A stretch of DNA of 64,000 nucleotides from Phoronis australis (lineage: Eukaryota; Animalia; Phoronida). The stretch is from NCBI GenBank assembly GCA_002633005.1, contig NMRA01000563.1:186001-250000 (forward strand), read 5' to 3'. The position numbers and the translations under genes were made by a program. This document shows positions 14,134 to 27,169 of the stretch, in pieces. The notes below the pieces were generated by a model. That model saw only the letters and a program-made list of their open reading frames with translations, did not search any database and was not told the origin of the DNA. Each line of letters starts with the position of its first letter. The stretch's first letter is position 1.

Positions 14134-15699
14134 GTAAGTGTTAAGCTATTTGTTATACAGTTAGCAACTTCACGCAATATTTGATTGACATCGTTTGGCA
14201 AATCATGACAGCTAAAGATAGTAACTTATATCTATCAGTCTGTCGTGGAATAATGTTAATTGTCCACCAACTGTCGACTTCTTTTGTCTGGAATGACGAC
14301 GCCAAATGATAGTTGCTGCAGTAAAAATCGATGCTGAAATGATTTACCCGGTTTGGAGAATACGCTGCATATTAAACACATTGAAAAATGCTTGCGTGTT
14401 TTTTTTACTATAAATAAACATTCACCGTCTTGTTTATCTTACGGCAAACGGGGCCACCAAGCACGTAGTCGCTATTGGGAACTAGTCTAGCTCAAATCCC
14501 ACTGGCGAAGAAACTCCGTTTGTCATTATAAAGCTTACGCAGCTTTACGTTTATTATGTATACATATTTTATACTTTATTAATTAATCACTTGCTGTATC
14601 CAGTAATTCCAAGTTGTCAACAGATACCAAACGGTTACATTAAAGTAAGCTGTCTTTACTACCAAAGCTAATCGGAAGTAATAAGTCTTTAATTTTCTAA
14701 GGATATTTATTTATTAACTGCCCTTATAGTATCACTAATTGGCATGGTTGATAAATGGGTTTTCTTTTGGGAGTTACATGAACTACTACGACAAAGGGTG
14801 AGTGAGCGATTGTTTTAGTCGGATCAGGGAGTAGCGGTCGCAGTTCAAAGATCCGAAACCGATGGGTCAATCGTATGCACATTCGCTAGGCGCCTGGCTA
14901 TTATTTCAAATCGGCCGACTGTTTTTTCATAATGGATATCATCGTGTTGTCTCCAATCTATGGAATGCCAAAATAGAACAAATTCAAAACAGATTTACAC
15001 CCCAAGATCATGATAATATTAACATCAACATTTAAAATTTTGACAATGTTTTAAAAATATTGTCAACATTTCAAAAATCTTGTCGACATTTTATTTAAAT
15101 ATCATGTTTCACATATGCTGTGGAGTAAAGGGAGCTGGCCAATCACAAACTGAGAAACCCAAGTTTGCAGTACATATTATCTACCGCGAGGCACAGATGA
15201 AATAGACAAAAGGGTGCCATTAAATCACTTAGCTCATTCTACTTGAGTTGTCGATCTTAAGTGTGATTATGAAAGACAGATAGTAAAAAAGTGTTTGCAT
15301 GAAACACCTACCCCGAAGGGTCTCCAGGGGTCTGAAAAACTTATCAAATTGTTGACTTAGGATTTAATCAGTGCTGCCTAGAATTAGGAAATTTGTTTAC
15401 ATTCTGTTTATTTTAAAACAATGTTATGTTGAAAGATCATCATTTGATAATACGCTTTAATAAAACAGATTTGCAGTAGAATCACAGTTTCATCATTTTA
15501 AGATTATGCAGAACCTATTCGACTTGTCTGCAAAACTACAGATTTTAATTCAGTAAAATATATATTTTCTGAAAGTGAAAAACCTGTAGAAATTGATTTT
15601 TGCCTTTATATCAATCTACTATTTGCTAGGCCACGTGAGCGAGTCGTTTTTACTAAAAATTAGCGATAAAAGAAGATACATCTGTAGCACAACATTGAT

Positions 15700-16160
15700 A
15701 TGAACAAGTAAAGATGAACGAGTAAAGATGAACAAGTAAAGATGAACAACTAAAGATGAACAAGTAAAGATGAACAAGTAAAGATGAACAAGTAAAGATG
15801 AACAAGTCAAGATGAACAAGTAAAGATGAACAAGTAAAGATGAACAAGTAAAGATAAACAAGTAAAGATGAACAAGTAAAGATGAACAAGTAAAGATGAA
15901 CAAATTCGTTCACTAGAAAAGTCCAAGATGGAACAAGTAAAGATGAACAAATTCGTTCAATAGAAAAGTCCAAGATGGAACAAGTAAAGATGAACAAGTA
16001 AAGATGAACAAGTAAAGATGAACAAGTAAAGATGAACAAGTTCTTTCAATAGAAAAGTCCAAGATGAAACAAGTAAAGATGAACAAATTCGTTCAATAGA
16101 AAAGACCAAGATGGAATAAGTAAAGATGACCAAATTCGTTCAATAGAAAAGTTCAAGATG
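15700..16160. repeat. 14-bp minisatellite (GATGAACAAGTAAA)n grading into a longer composite unit, in the last globin intron
   Basis: Directly visible. Explains the repetitive minus-strand ORFs at 15619-16039. Confidence 0.95.
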
Positions 16161-16877
16161 GAATCTCAAAAACGCTGTGACAGATTGTCACTTCGTTTTT
16201 GTTTTATGCAACTTCTGAGGTTTTTTCATAAAAGCCATAAAATTCTAACTAAGGACGTACACTACAAAGCGAATTAACGTGTTATTCAATTCATAGAGGC
16301 CTACGTTAACGCGCTAACGAGTAAAACTCGCACCCGTTCAAAACTGACAGGCTTGGAATTACATTCTTTGATCATCCACGCGTAAAGTTTTCGCCTCGCT
16401 TTTTCCAAAACGGATGCACGTATTTGCATCCACTCGGGTCCGTGAAAGCGTGACGTCAGTTGTTTGAAAAGTTCTGTTGTAGTCGTTCACACGAGTACGT
16501 TTTCAAAACATCCCACTTTAGAGAGTGTGCAGGCCGACGTACCCGTAAACTGAAGAAAAGGTGGCATCTCCATACAAAAACAAAATCGTGTCAACGGTGC
16601 TAATAGAATACTACTTCATATTTGTATGAAAACAACAAATAGGGATTTTTCATATATTATAATGTTTGGGAAATCTTCATATATAAGAAAACGCCACTCA
16701 ATGATGAATTTTTCTACTTGTGCACATTCTGTCCTGAATTGTGACGTTACACCTCCAGGTGATGTCGTGATCACATTATGAGTGTTACTGTCAAGTGCCA
16801 CTTTAAGTATTAGATAGCTCTACACCTATTACTCTGATTTACTCGTAATAACTCGTCTTTCTATCCCTTTATTTCAG

Positions 16878-17009
16878 TTGATAGGCCCACAATTCCTGTT
16901 CGCCATCCAACCAGCCCTTGGGGAGAACTGGACTATCGAAACAGAGAGCGTGTGGTCGAAACTAATTCGTCTCATGACTTACATAATACGTATCAACATG
17001 TCCATCTGA
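16878..17009 (+). CDS. Globin X-like globin, terminal coding exon (helices G7 to H)
   Basis: Acceptor ccctttatttcag, then LIGPQFLFAIQPALGENWTIETESVWSKLIRLMTYIIRINMSI-TGA. Joins the previous exon in phase 0 and has the WT..(E)..W pattern of the GH corner and H helix. Confidence 0.92.
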   Translation: MIGPQFLFAIQPALGENWTIETESVWSKLIRLMTYIIRINMSI

Positions 17010-20000
17010 CGAGTCAATGTAGTGACGTCTATAAGCAAGAATGTGATACACGGGATTATTTGTTTTAGGGTGACATAGTTGCTCAATCTTATTCAGTGGC
17101 ACAAAGTGGAGTTTGACAATTATCCTTTTCAATCCGAACCTTAATGTAACTATGAAGAAAACGTTATGTCATCACGGTACCTCTTTTCTTGACCAGGGCC
17201 AATGAATTATAAAAACATCTTTGAAGAGTATAGTATTGGGCGAAAATTACAATCAAATACAGACTGCGTAAGATTAGAAGCCTAACCCTAACAGGGGAAG
17301 CCATTATACTTTAAGATCAGTCAGTCACGTTATTGACTTTAGATGAGCGCCTTTTTATCAGAATATTCTCTTTTCATTCGTTTGGACGGTGTCTGGAACA
17401 CTGGAATATCCCTTGCAATGTTAAGAGAGCAAAGAACATAACGTGAATAGTTTTACTCTGGACACACATTAGTCACATAGATACATGATTCATTTCCACT
17501 TTTACGAGATAAGAGGAGATCGCTCTAAACAATCGAACTTTCCGGCAGGAAAAACAATAATGATATGCAGACAACCTCATAATGACTTCGAAATATGCAG
17601 ACGTAGAATGCCTTTTACGCAAGGAATTCGTTCTTCTGGGAACTGTCAACCACTGTTTCTATTTTATTAAATTGAGTGATACATTGAGGCTCTGATTAGT
17701 TGAGTGATACGCTGAGGCTCTAAGTTCCGCGACTTTCTATTATTTTTTGCTAAAAGAAGTTTAGCAATTCGCCAACTTTGCCGCAAATGGTGTCACATCG
17801 CAAAAACGCATATCCAGCTCAGTCAACTGGTGGTCGTAATCTTTGCCAAAAATCTACACTTGAGTAGAAATTTTGTAGACTTTGAAAAGCTACCTGATGT
17901 GCGTGCCTCTAATAGTGTAAAATTTTAGTATGAAAGAATTGGTCATGATATTATTGGCCAATTACTCATAACTAGTGATGATATCAGTGTCACTGAACAT
18001 AACGTTTAAAGTCAGTGGCATCCGGAACAACGCAAATATTTTCGACGCGTCAAATTTCACTTCGGGAGTATTTCACATCATTCTGCACGTGTAGGAAAGA
18101 CGAGCCGAGTCAGAGTTGCTTTCCGTAGACGCAAGAAACTCGCAAATGACACTATCACACAAGTCTTCGCGAGATATCGCTATGCACGTGATCACACTAG
18201 CTTTTATCGCAGTCCTGTCCTCGGGAAACGCGTTCAGTACCACTGCGATTCATGTAAGAATGGTGAACGAAACTGTTTTTCATAATTGACTCTTTGCGAG
18301 GTAAAGCAGTGGAGTGGTTATATGGCTTACAATAGTCACATTGAAATGCGCGAAATCGAATTCTCGAAGCCTTTAGATCGAAATCATCCAATCAGGAGGA
18401 ACAGATATGAGATTTTGAGAAAAGCTTGACTATGTTCTTTGTATGAAAAAAAGTCAAGCACCACAACCTTGATTGCAATAAGAAGATATTAGCCATTTAT
18501 TTCATGTGACTGTCAGCCGTATCACCTTTCAAATGTTAATGAAGTCCATTGTATAACATGTTCCAAACATTTCATAAAAAAGACTGGGATATGAGTACGA
18601 GGGAATGGTTTTATTGGGAATTAATGGTGCTTTTTCAGATTTAGGGTACTCTAAGGCGTAAAAGTTTGGAAATATGCCGCAGTTGACTCTAATCCAAAAA
18701 AACAAAAATGGTTGCATTGTGATAGCAAACATAGAGAGTTGCTGCCTATGTCCAGTGCAGGTAACGGCGATTTTTCAACACAGCTGACGTGTCAAGTCGG
18801 AGATAAATTGATAGAATTGGCGATACGCTTTCTAAAGTGAGAACTAAAGGACATTTTAACGCACGATGAAAGAATAGTACTCGTTTTGTGGCACGTGGAA
18901 ACTGTAAAAGAGTCACGTGTGTAGGTCTAAGAAAATGCATTTCTCCATCCTGTAATTAGAGTCACCTGTAAATTCTTTCCTTGATTCTATGCCTTGAGAA
19001 ATAAATTTAGGGGTTTGGAATGAGCAAGCTTTATTAGTTCCCAAAACATCCTTTCATTGATATTATAGATTTAGAGTATTTTATTTTATGAGGGCACCCT
19101 ATATATTGTAAATATCACATGTAATGTTTGACGAAATGAGTGTACGGTGTATGAATTTTAAGTATTGTTAATGTTTCGCGTAAATTGTCTCACGGGTATT
19201 GAGTGTATTTCACGAAGACACAGTTTGTTCATTGTAGTTGCACTGATGCACACGATGTATGCAACAAGTACTTTGGCTCCAACAAGTAGAAATGGTCCAA
19301 CTTCCCCAATAACCAATTACTAACATCATATTTGTTTCGAAGTGACTTATTTGCTACTTATCGAGTATCGGTTTTAAAGCGCCCATAAACCCGCCTTCTT
19401 TCCTAAAAACAACTTTTGATTTAAACGTTCTGGTCTGCTTTAAGTCAGTGGTTATTATCAAAAAATCACTTAATCTCTCGTCAAGAGATTTTTTTTAAGT
19501 TACACGAATCCGGCACAAATAAATTACTCATTCATTTGGGGGGAAGCATCACATTTACGGCTCAGAACTCAGAGATATTATTCCTTCAACAGAACTTTAT
19601 GAGAAGGAACTATTATAGTAGTGTCAAATGAAAAGATGTTTTTATTTTGGAAACAGTGAATATGGAATTTTCGGTAGAAGACGGTCCTTATTAGCCCGGA
19701 TCAAGTGAGTAAAAAATTCTTCAAAAATTCGGAATTTTAGAGTGTTCACATGACTTAAAAATTGCACAAAACCCAACGGCTTACATAAACCAAATTGATC
19801 AACTTTTCTTGGCTTTGTTTTTATTAAAAATTCAAACACATTTACATTGCAATTCATTGTTAACACGGGCAATAGAAATACAGCATGCGGTCGTGTTGCC
19901 CAAAGATGGGCATTTTTAAATCAAAATATACGCAAGATAATACTGATCTCAAAGGGACGCTATCGGTGAGAAAAGTGATTTTCTGAGATTAGACTAAGCG

Positions 20001-21967
20001 TGAAATCGAACCTGCAACAAGCCGCGTTTACAGCTTTACGCTCTTCTGGCGGATCTAAGCCCCACATGATAAATGGCAGAGTATTTCGGAAGTCATCAGC
20101 CTCGATTTCAGCGAATGTCTGGCGGATAACGGTGAGAATTGACGATTTGAAAGAAAATCACAAAAACACTATTAAAGCTAATAACTTCAAAAAGTCTATC
20201 CCATACAACAATAATCCCGTACGATAATGTCAACTTAAATCCATTACAACTAGGAATCCAAACATTTGCTTTAGCTTTTTTGATGATGTGTATGCTTTCT
20301 TTGAGTGTAAGAAGACAGTGAGTGATGCTCAGTGGAAAGCATAGTTCAATATGTGTAACTGAGATCTCAGGGTCGCCTGTTCGCAGGTGTGCTGTCTATT
20401 TAAGCAATAATGTTGAACCTGTTTCTTGTGTCCAGTATGCTCTGGGTCTCAATTTCGTCACCAATAGAGCGTAGAATAAGGAGACAAAAATTCCGCAATG
20501 TTTGCATTCATGCGATACTTTGATTCCGCAAAAAAATCATCGAAATGACTATCTTGAACAAGCCTTTTGGCTTTTTTGAATATTACATGGTGTTAAATTT
20601 GATGCCTGATCTAGTGATAGTTGGTTTCAAATCGTTCGTTGGTTTAACTGGAGGTGATTTCAGGCAGGTGTTTAGTACTCGAGACCAGACTCTACGTGTC
20701 ATTTTGTGCGCCTAGCATAGCCTCGAAGAATAACGAACTGCCTGTTCTTCGCAAATCTAGGAATCATTTCTCATCCAAGGAACAAGGAACAAGTTGAAAC
20801 CTATAGTGGTCTAAATCAAAAGTTCGTTTTTTGGATGGAATTCGGGTTTATAGCCACCATTTTGGAAGATACCGTGGACACAAGACTGTCAAAAGGTTAC
20901 AATTATGCCATTCTCATTATATGCAGCCTTGTCACACATTCGTGGCTCAATACTGGAGCGCATTTAAAAATGCAGTAAATCTTCCTGCAATTTGCTGTAA
21001 TTTGCACGGTGCGCTCTCTACCGACGGCCCAACAACATTGCTGCCCCCGCCCGCAGTCATACGAATAAGCAATTTCCTACAACGCACTGACGCCCGAGAA
21101 ATGGTAATTGATTACGGACTGTGTGTTGAATAACAATGGGCTATTTTTTTCAAAAGTCTAATAACCTTAAGAATATATTTTTCTTTTGATTTGTTCACTT
21201 AGAACATCAAATAAGCCTGCTCAACGGAAAAACAGAATTAGTTCAAACCAGATTGTAAACTTCAGTGTTATTTTTAACATATTAATTGTTTGACAAAATC
21301 TAACTCCACACTATTATTTTTGAGCGGGCTTCTCCGTGTTTTTACGGCTACCGGAAATTTAAAAAAAAATCTTTATTAAACCCTCTTCATTTTAAAAAAT
21401 ATTTGATGCTATATTGACTGAAATGAAGCAAAAAGGCCCGTTTTATGTCACCCGATGTTTTTCATGTATATATACATATATAGCCGCAAGGGTTCTTATT
21501 TCCGAACTCGAATTTAAACTAAAATTAGTTTAACACTTGCTGTTCAACTTAAATCGAACTGAAGATAGGTTTATATTATTCTGTACTCAACTACAGTACA
21601 AGTTAAGTGGGTGAATGTCCAATCTTAGTTCACACGGGGAGCGTGACAAAACATTATTACTGTTGTGTGGACGTATCTTGTACATTTTTATTCGTTGAGT
21701 ATCTCGATACTTGTTGCACGATTTGATTGGCTGATTGAAGTGTAGATTACCTAACGGTTTGATGGTACCCGAGGGAAGAATATGCTCTACCGCGGATACC
21801 AGAGTATTTAGTATACGTTACAGATGATACTACGTGATTGGTGAATATCCGGGGATTTTTAATGGTGGAACTGAGATTTGACGAGATGGGTCCAGATTGT
21901 TGGCGTTGATAAGTTATATACAACACCTCTTGTCATTGTCTTATCGCAGTTGTTGGCTAACGGAGTT

Positions 21968-22241
21968 CAGTGGCGGGNGGGGGGGGGGGGGGGTCCAAGG
22001 TTGCCTTGCCCCCCTAAAATTCTCCAAGATTCCATTTAGCAGTTCGGGGTACGAATGTCTGAGTGGCACATGCGCGCACCCAGGAGGGCTCGGGGGGAGG
22101 CGAATGCACAATACATAGCCCTGAACGAACCCATTTTCCCGTTTTTTTAATACCTCGCTGTTTCAGTAAAAGGTCCACAAAAGTCTGGTCTTTTCTCTGC
22201 CATGCCCCCCCCACCAACTCAAAACCCTGGATCCGCCCCTG
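21968..22241. mobile_element. Mini TIR element (CAGTGGCGG...CCGCCCCTG), composite
   Basis: hAT-like ends with flanks GAGTT/GAGTG. Contains an internal CATGCGCGCACCCAGG end of the 9756 family at about 22068. Confidence 0.6.
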
Positions 22242-24142
22242 GAGTGTAAACGGTTCAGTCCCCACTCCGCGAATCTGACTTCTACACGATAGATTTCTGG
22301 TGCATAGGGAACAACAAGGGAACCAATGTGTCTGATGGCGTTTCTCGTTTTTTGACCACCTCATTAAGAGGTGATAAGGAATTTAGCCTGGCATACATTG
22401 TGTTGAAAGGGAAAGTATCAAGTGCTTTGCATTACTTTGACGGATCTTCTGTCTGTTTGTAAATTGTTACTTTGTTAATGGTATTTGATTAAACGTTAGA
22501 GTATTTACAAATGATGCGAAATCTTGTTAGTTATCGCATTTACTGTGTGTTGTTCACATTATTATCACGTGCAATGATTTCACAATATATATTATTTGAT
22601 TACATTGTAAGTAGTCAGAACGCACAATAAATAGATTTTAAATGGCACTATTCTAAACGACAAGCGTTGTACTGAATGTCACGTGGCGATGAATCCTGAA
22701 GACAGCGAAACTTTTATATAAAAATATTGAATTAGTAGCATTTATTCTGAAAAACACTAAAGACCTTTAAACGGCTTACATCCCAACACTCCAAAGGGTC
22801 AGCATTCTGTAAATCAATTATAGTCCGAAGCCTTTTACAGCCGCTGCGGGGTGCAAATTCGTTGAGAACGGGAGGCAATGGACAATGAAAAAATCCATTT
22901 CATTTATCCTTATTGGGACTTTTTGTTTTTTAATCACCGCCAACATCACGCACCAGGTGTGGGAAGAACTTGCGCGTGAGCTCAAATTCGCGGCCACTTC
23001 CTGACCGCCGTGAAAAAACATCACGCCCAAATAAAATACTTTATGTTCGACATATGTTTCGACGATGAAAGGTCCGTCTGTTCTAGAGATGGCGGCAGTT
23101 AAATTTCCCAAAAAATGATGAATGGATGTCATTCAGGTTTTTGTTTCGTTTTGTAAACCCATGAGATGCACCAGGATGAATCAAAACTCTCACGAAAGAG
23201 ACGACTGTTGTCGGAATATTCATGGTTTGTTTTATACCTGCACTGCCAAAACAATATCATTCGCACCATTGCCAGTGCATCATTCTACAGTAACGAACTC
23301 AACAAAGCACTTTCATGACCCAACGTTATTAACTTTAAACCTAACTTAACAGTTTGCCTTTTAAATACAATGCCTCTGGATAAAAACTTATCAGTAACTT
23401 AAAACTTTCCATTAATGTGACAAAATTAAGAATTTTGCAGGTGAAGTTTAGTCAAAAAGTGCTCAGTTTATATACATGTAGATGGCACCATATACATGGT
23501 TTAAGTAAATTTGTACCGCAATGTATTTACTAAAGGAGTAGAGATATATCAATCGTGATCTACAGCGTTAATAACACCTAGGTATTGGGCTGTTGATAAA
23601 TTTACTCAGAAGAGATTTTTAATATAAGATTTACAGCCGGATTTTGCAGCCTTTCACAATAGTTTCTCCTTGAACCTATGGCCCTTCCAAAAATGGGTGA
23701 TTCTCATGTAAATCGACAATGCAAAAGTTTAAAGTTAAATTTTCGCTCTGTTTAGAAAGCTAAAGAACGAGAATCGTATTAGGCCCCTCAGTCTCATAAA
23801 ATCGGAATCATTTTATTCCTTACCGAGATAATATTCTATTTCCGTTACCAACAAGTACATTGGAGCCATCAGCGACTCAAGATAAAGTTTCAGACTTTAT
23901 TTGGGTTGGCCGACCCTAAAATTTGCGAATTTGAAAATGGCACACCACGACATTTTCTGTGACTTGGGTTGGAAAAGGAAAATAGTAAAAAACAGCAAGG
24001 GAAATCATGCGCCCGATTTTATAAGAGTAAAATGCTTAATTCGATTTTCCACTTTTTAGTCAAGTAAACAGGGAAAATGTAGTTTTCATTTGAACTATTG
24101 TCTACAAACTCCAATTGTCGCTTACGACTTTCCAGACCAAAA

Positions 24143-24285
24143 CATGAACGGTGCAGCACTGAAAAGTGGGGGGCTAAAGCCCCCTCGGCCCCCCTGTGGT
24201 GCACCGCCTACAGACCATGTGCGACCTAGCACTGAAAAAAGTGGGGGCTATAGCCCCCCCAGACCCCTATGATGCGCCGCCCATG
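24143..24285. mobile_element. Tandem dimer of an approximately 70-bp mini element with 5-bp TSD
   Basis: CATGAACGGTGCA...TGCGCCGCCCATG flanked by CAAAA on both sides. Two copies of AGCACTGAAAAGTGGGGGGCTATAGCCCCC. Confidence 0.72.
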
Positions 24286-24333
24286 CAAAACTCATGTCGT
24301 AACACTTGCCTCACCTTCCGAATGGTTGTATAA

Positions 24334-24756
24334 AGTGCTGTTTACACTTACAAAGTTGACACGGATCAGCTGAGACGGAACGAGTTGTGCCAGTGTGTAA
24401 ACAGACTGACACGGAGCTAATTGACACCGCGGTGACAAATTTTTGCCACCCGTTTGTGAGGTAGAGCAATGTGCGCCAGAACATCTTGCGCCGTGTCAAT
24501 TATAAGTCTAAACGCGAAACTGGAGCAAGGCGGAAAGGATCATCTCTACTGCGCTTGTGCAATGAACTTCATACGGGTTCATTGTCTCTGCAACTCTCGT
24601 CATTTGTAAACCTGCGCATGTGCGATTCAGTCTCTCCAGCCTGCAATTTGCGTCTTGCCACGGTTAGTGAGTTGTGTGTGTAAACGGCCGCTTGACACGG
24701 GTCAATTTGCTCGGTTTCAGTTGCGCCGGGCCAAAAGTTGATGTCTAAATGGGACT
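24334..24756. mobile_element. PIF/Harbinger-type MITE
   Basis: TAA on both flanks. Degenerate TIR AGTGCTGTTTACAC / GTCTAAATGGGACT, with internal GTGTAAAC and TTGACACGG sub-repeats. Confidence 0.6.
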
Positions 24757-25445
24757 TAAGACAGTCTTACTCGAAGTTGTATAGTGAGTTCCCAATCACG
24801 TGATCATTACTAGGTTACGGTCATAACGCAGCCATATTGGTTGACGGTGAAACCACAATGGCGGCGAGTAAAAAGCGAGACAAAGGCAGAGATTATTTTG
24901 ATACATTAACAGGCGATGCAAAGCAGAGAAGATCGGAGACATAGGCAGATACCCATACTTAATTCCCAAGGCGGAACTTAGCACCGATGAAGCGGTTTTT
25001 CCGAGCGTCACGAATCCAGACATTGTTATATACCTGTAGTATGCTCCCAGTCCGCATTCACGCGAGGAGTTAAAGGCGAAGGCAACCTTTTTTCATGTCA
25101 TTTTGAGCAAAAACAAAGTTCTTTGGTTATCCTAGACATATTTTTCACTAAATTACAGGTTTTCGTAAATTAATTAATTACTCGTCCTCTACTCCGGAAG
25201 TGACGTTTTGGGAGGCAAGAATTTCGCACCCGAATTTGGTTCTGCGTTGAGTTTACTGTGAGGATCTGTACTACTTTTGTTGTCGTGCTGTTTTTTAAAA
25301 TTGTCGTCACCACTTCCCATAGAGGAGTATGTTGCGACAAGCTAGGTTGTTAGAGAAGTCAATTACGTTGGATTTAGGGATTGTTTAGTTTGTGTTAATT
25401 TGACGGGCTGGAGTCGGTGACCCATATCACAGTGACAGTAGTGAC

Positions 25446-25547
25446 GTGAGTAATGGAGACATTGTTCATAGCAGTGGTGACGAGGAATTTTTTCACGGAC
25501 AGTCAGTGGGTGGGTATAAGTTTGAGCCCGAGTATAATGAGGCGCGA
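25446..25547 (+). pseudogene. Possible N-terminal relic of the Kolobok accessory gene (KolX / P2X7-C-terminus-like)
   Basis: SSGDEEFFHGQSVGGYKFEPEYNEA resembles the acidic Y-x-FEPEY N-terminal motif I recall for KolX-like proteins, and is convergent with the THAP ORF. Short motif only. Confidence 0.4.
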
Positions 25548-25776
25548 GTACGCACAGGCACAACTGTCCCACTTGCCCGAGTGTCCCGCGACACACTTCC
25601 ACTGAGCACCCAAACTGCTTACATCCGCCGTGTGACTCTCTCGCCACACACATGGCACCTTCTAGAAGTAGCTACAATACCTTAGACAAGTCCGCAATAA
25701 ACTTATCAAAGTTTAGCTCACCGATCTGTTCACTGGACGACCAACTGTCCTCTTTACTGGGTACCGAACTGGGCCT

Positions 25777-26299
25777 CTATTCACTCCCACTACTCAATAT
25801 CGCTGCAGGGCTGCTTACAGGCTCTGGGCTAGAGACAACAGCACAGGGCGAATCACTGCTAGTCCCGGAATTGCACGCTCTGGGGCTACGTTTGGAGGCA
25901 CGGGTGACAGTAGATGAAGTGCCTCCAGTCACTGTAGTGGCTACAGCTCGCGAGGCTTCTCGCTTCAAAAGTGCACTTCTCTGGGGGGGCGACGGAGCAC
26001 TGCCAGGAATCAACCGCGACGGTATGGCACCCTTCATCAGGCTTCGTTTCGCAGGTACCTTCATCAAGTCAGCGTACATATCTCCCTCGTTATCTGACGA
26101 CAGAAAATGGTTGCCACACACTAGGTAACCCTCCACTGCTTCGAACGTTGCGTGGACGGGTAACGGTGCGTTACCCGAACGGGCCAAGTACTGACGGCGA
26201 AGTGTGTCATCCTTCGGAAAGCGATGCAAAGCCGGGTATTCCCAAAGCGCGCGTGAGACGATAATGAGTACATCCCGGGACGCAGCAACAGTGTGGCAT
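25777..26299 (-). pseudogene. Frameshifted THAP-domain ORF (Kolobok transposase N-terminus)
   Basis: ATG at 26299 gives MPHCCCVPGCTHY; after a frameshift it continues LHRFPKDDTLRRQYLAR...LVCGNHFLSSD...LMKGAIPS. This is the C2CH THAP signature with an AVPTIF-like box, followed by a Ser/Thr/Pro-rich linker. Confidence 0.85.
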
Positions 26300-26844
26300 G
26301 TTGACTGACTCGTAAACAAAAACAAACAACGACCGGACATATCACAACTAAGGTAGACCAATGACTGACTCTTCAGCTCTCACATTCAGACCAAATGAAA
26401 AGAAATTGGCGCGAAATTCTTGCCTCCCAAAACGTCACTTCCGGAGTAAAGACAGGCAATTAAATAAATTACGAAAAGCTGTAATTAAGTGAAAAATATG
26501 TTTAGGATAATCAACGAACCTTATTTTTGTTGAAAATGACATAAAAAAAGGTTGCCTTCGCCTTTAAAGGTCTTTAAAATGCGTAATATTAATAAAATAA
26601 TGTTGATTTTTATGTATTTGTCGTCAAAACGAAATAATCCTTTTCCATATGACCAACTTCAAACAGCACGACCATAACAGACTGACTCAAATGTTTTGAG
26701 TCTGTTTACAACTAGGTAACCTATCTGACAAGTTCGCTCACCCTCAGACCACACTACAGGGTAACAGAAATACTCCAGCGAAAACAAGCACAAAGTCAAA
26801 GGAGAATTGGTATAATTTAAAAAAAAATAATAAAAATTCCTCAC

Positions 26845-27061
26845 CATTCACGAAGCGATCGGAGCAAACACGAGTGAACTCGCAACTGCTTGGTTTGATA
26901 TCGGATCTAGCAATGTTTGAGAACCACTCTTGCCAACTTTCTTTCGTTGATTCGTGCGTTTTACCACCTTGGGTTTTAATAATTTTGGGCACCCTGAAAA
27001 ACGATTTCTTGTCCCTGCCAGCTCTGTTGGAACAACCGAAAACAGCACAACAAGTAGGCAT
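26845..27061 (-). pseudogene. THAP-domain exon of a transposase relic
   Basis: MPTCCAVFGCSNRAGRDKKSFFRVPK...WFSNIARSD...RVCSDRFVNG followed by donor gtgagg. The Zn-ligand His is replaced by Arg (CSDRF) and no downstream exon was found. Confidence 0.85.
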
Positions 27062-27065
27062 ATTT

Positions 27066-27135
27066 CATAAGCGGTGCACCATAGGGGGCTGGGGGGCTAT
27101 AGCCCCCCACTTTTTTCAGTGCTGCGCCTCCCATG
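27066..27135. mobile_element. Monomer of the same 70-bp mini element, opposite orientation
   Basis: CATAAGCGGTGCA...TGCGCCTCCCATG with flanks TATTT/TATCT. Reverse complement of the 24143 unit. Confidence 0.7.
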
Positions 27136-27169
27136 TATCTACTAACGTAGTGACCGTAAACCCGACGTA

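Larger units (their letters stand above)
25074..26563. mobile_element. Kolobok-type DNA transposon, internally deleted
   Basis: TTAA TSD at 25070-25073 and 26564-26567. Ends are AGGCGAAGGCAACC...GGTTGCCTTCGCCT with imperfect TIRs of about 160 bp. Contains a THAP relic. Confidence 0.88.

Noticed and set aside
13975-14184. 69-aa ORF as a complete small protein
   Set aside because: It is part of a globin exon; the true boundaries are the splice sites at 13908 and 14133.
15619-16039. Repetitive hydrophobic ORFs (LVHLYLFIFTCSSL)n
   Set aside because: Stop-free frames of the 14-bp minisatellite.
20325-20445. Possible tRNA-derived SINE head or tRNA gene
   Set aside because: Only vague A/B-box resemblance; no cloverleaf and no second copy seen.
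22818-23132. 104-aa minus-strand ORF in a CpG-rich patch
   Set aside because: No recognisable motif or splice structure; probably transposon-derived non-coding sequence.
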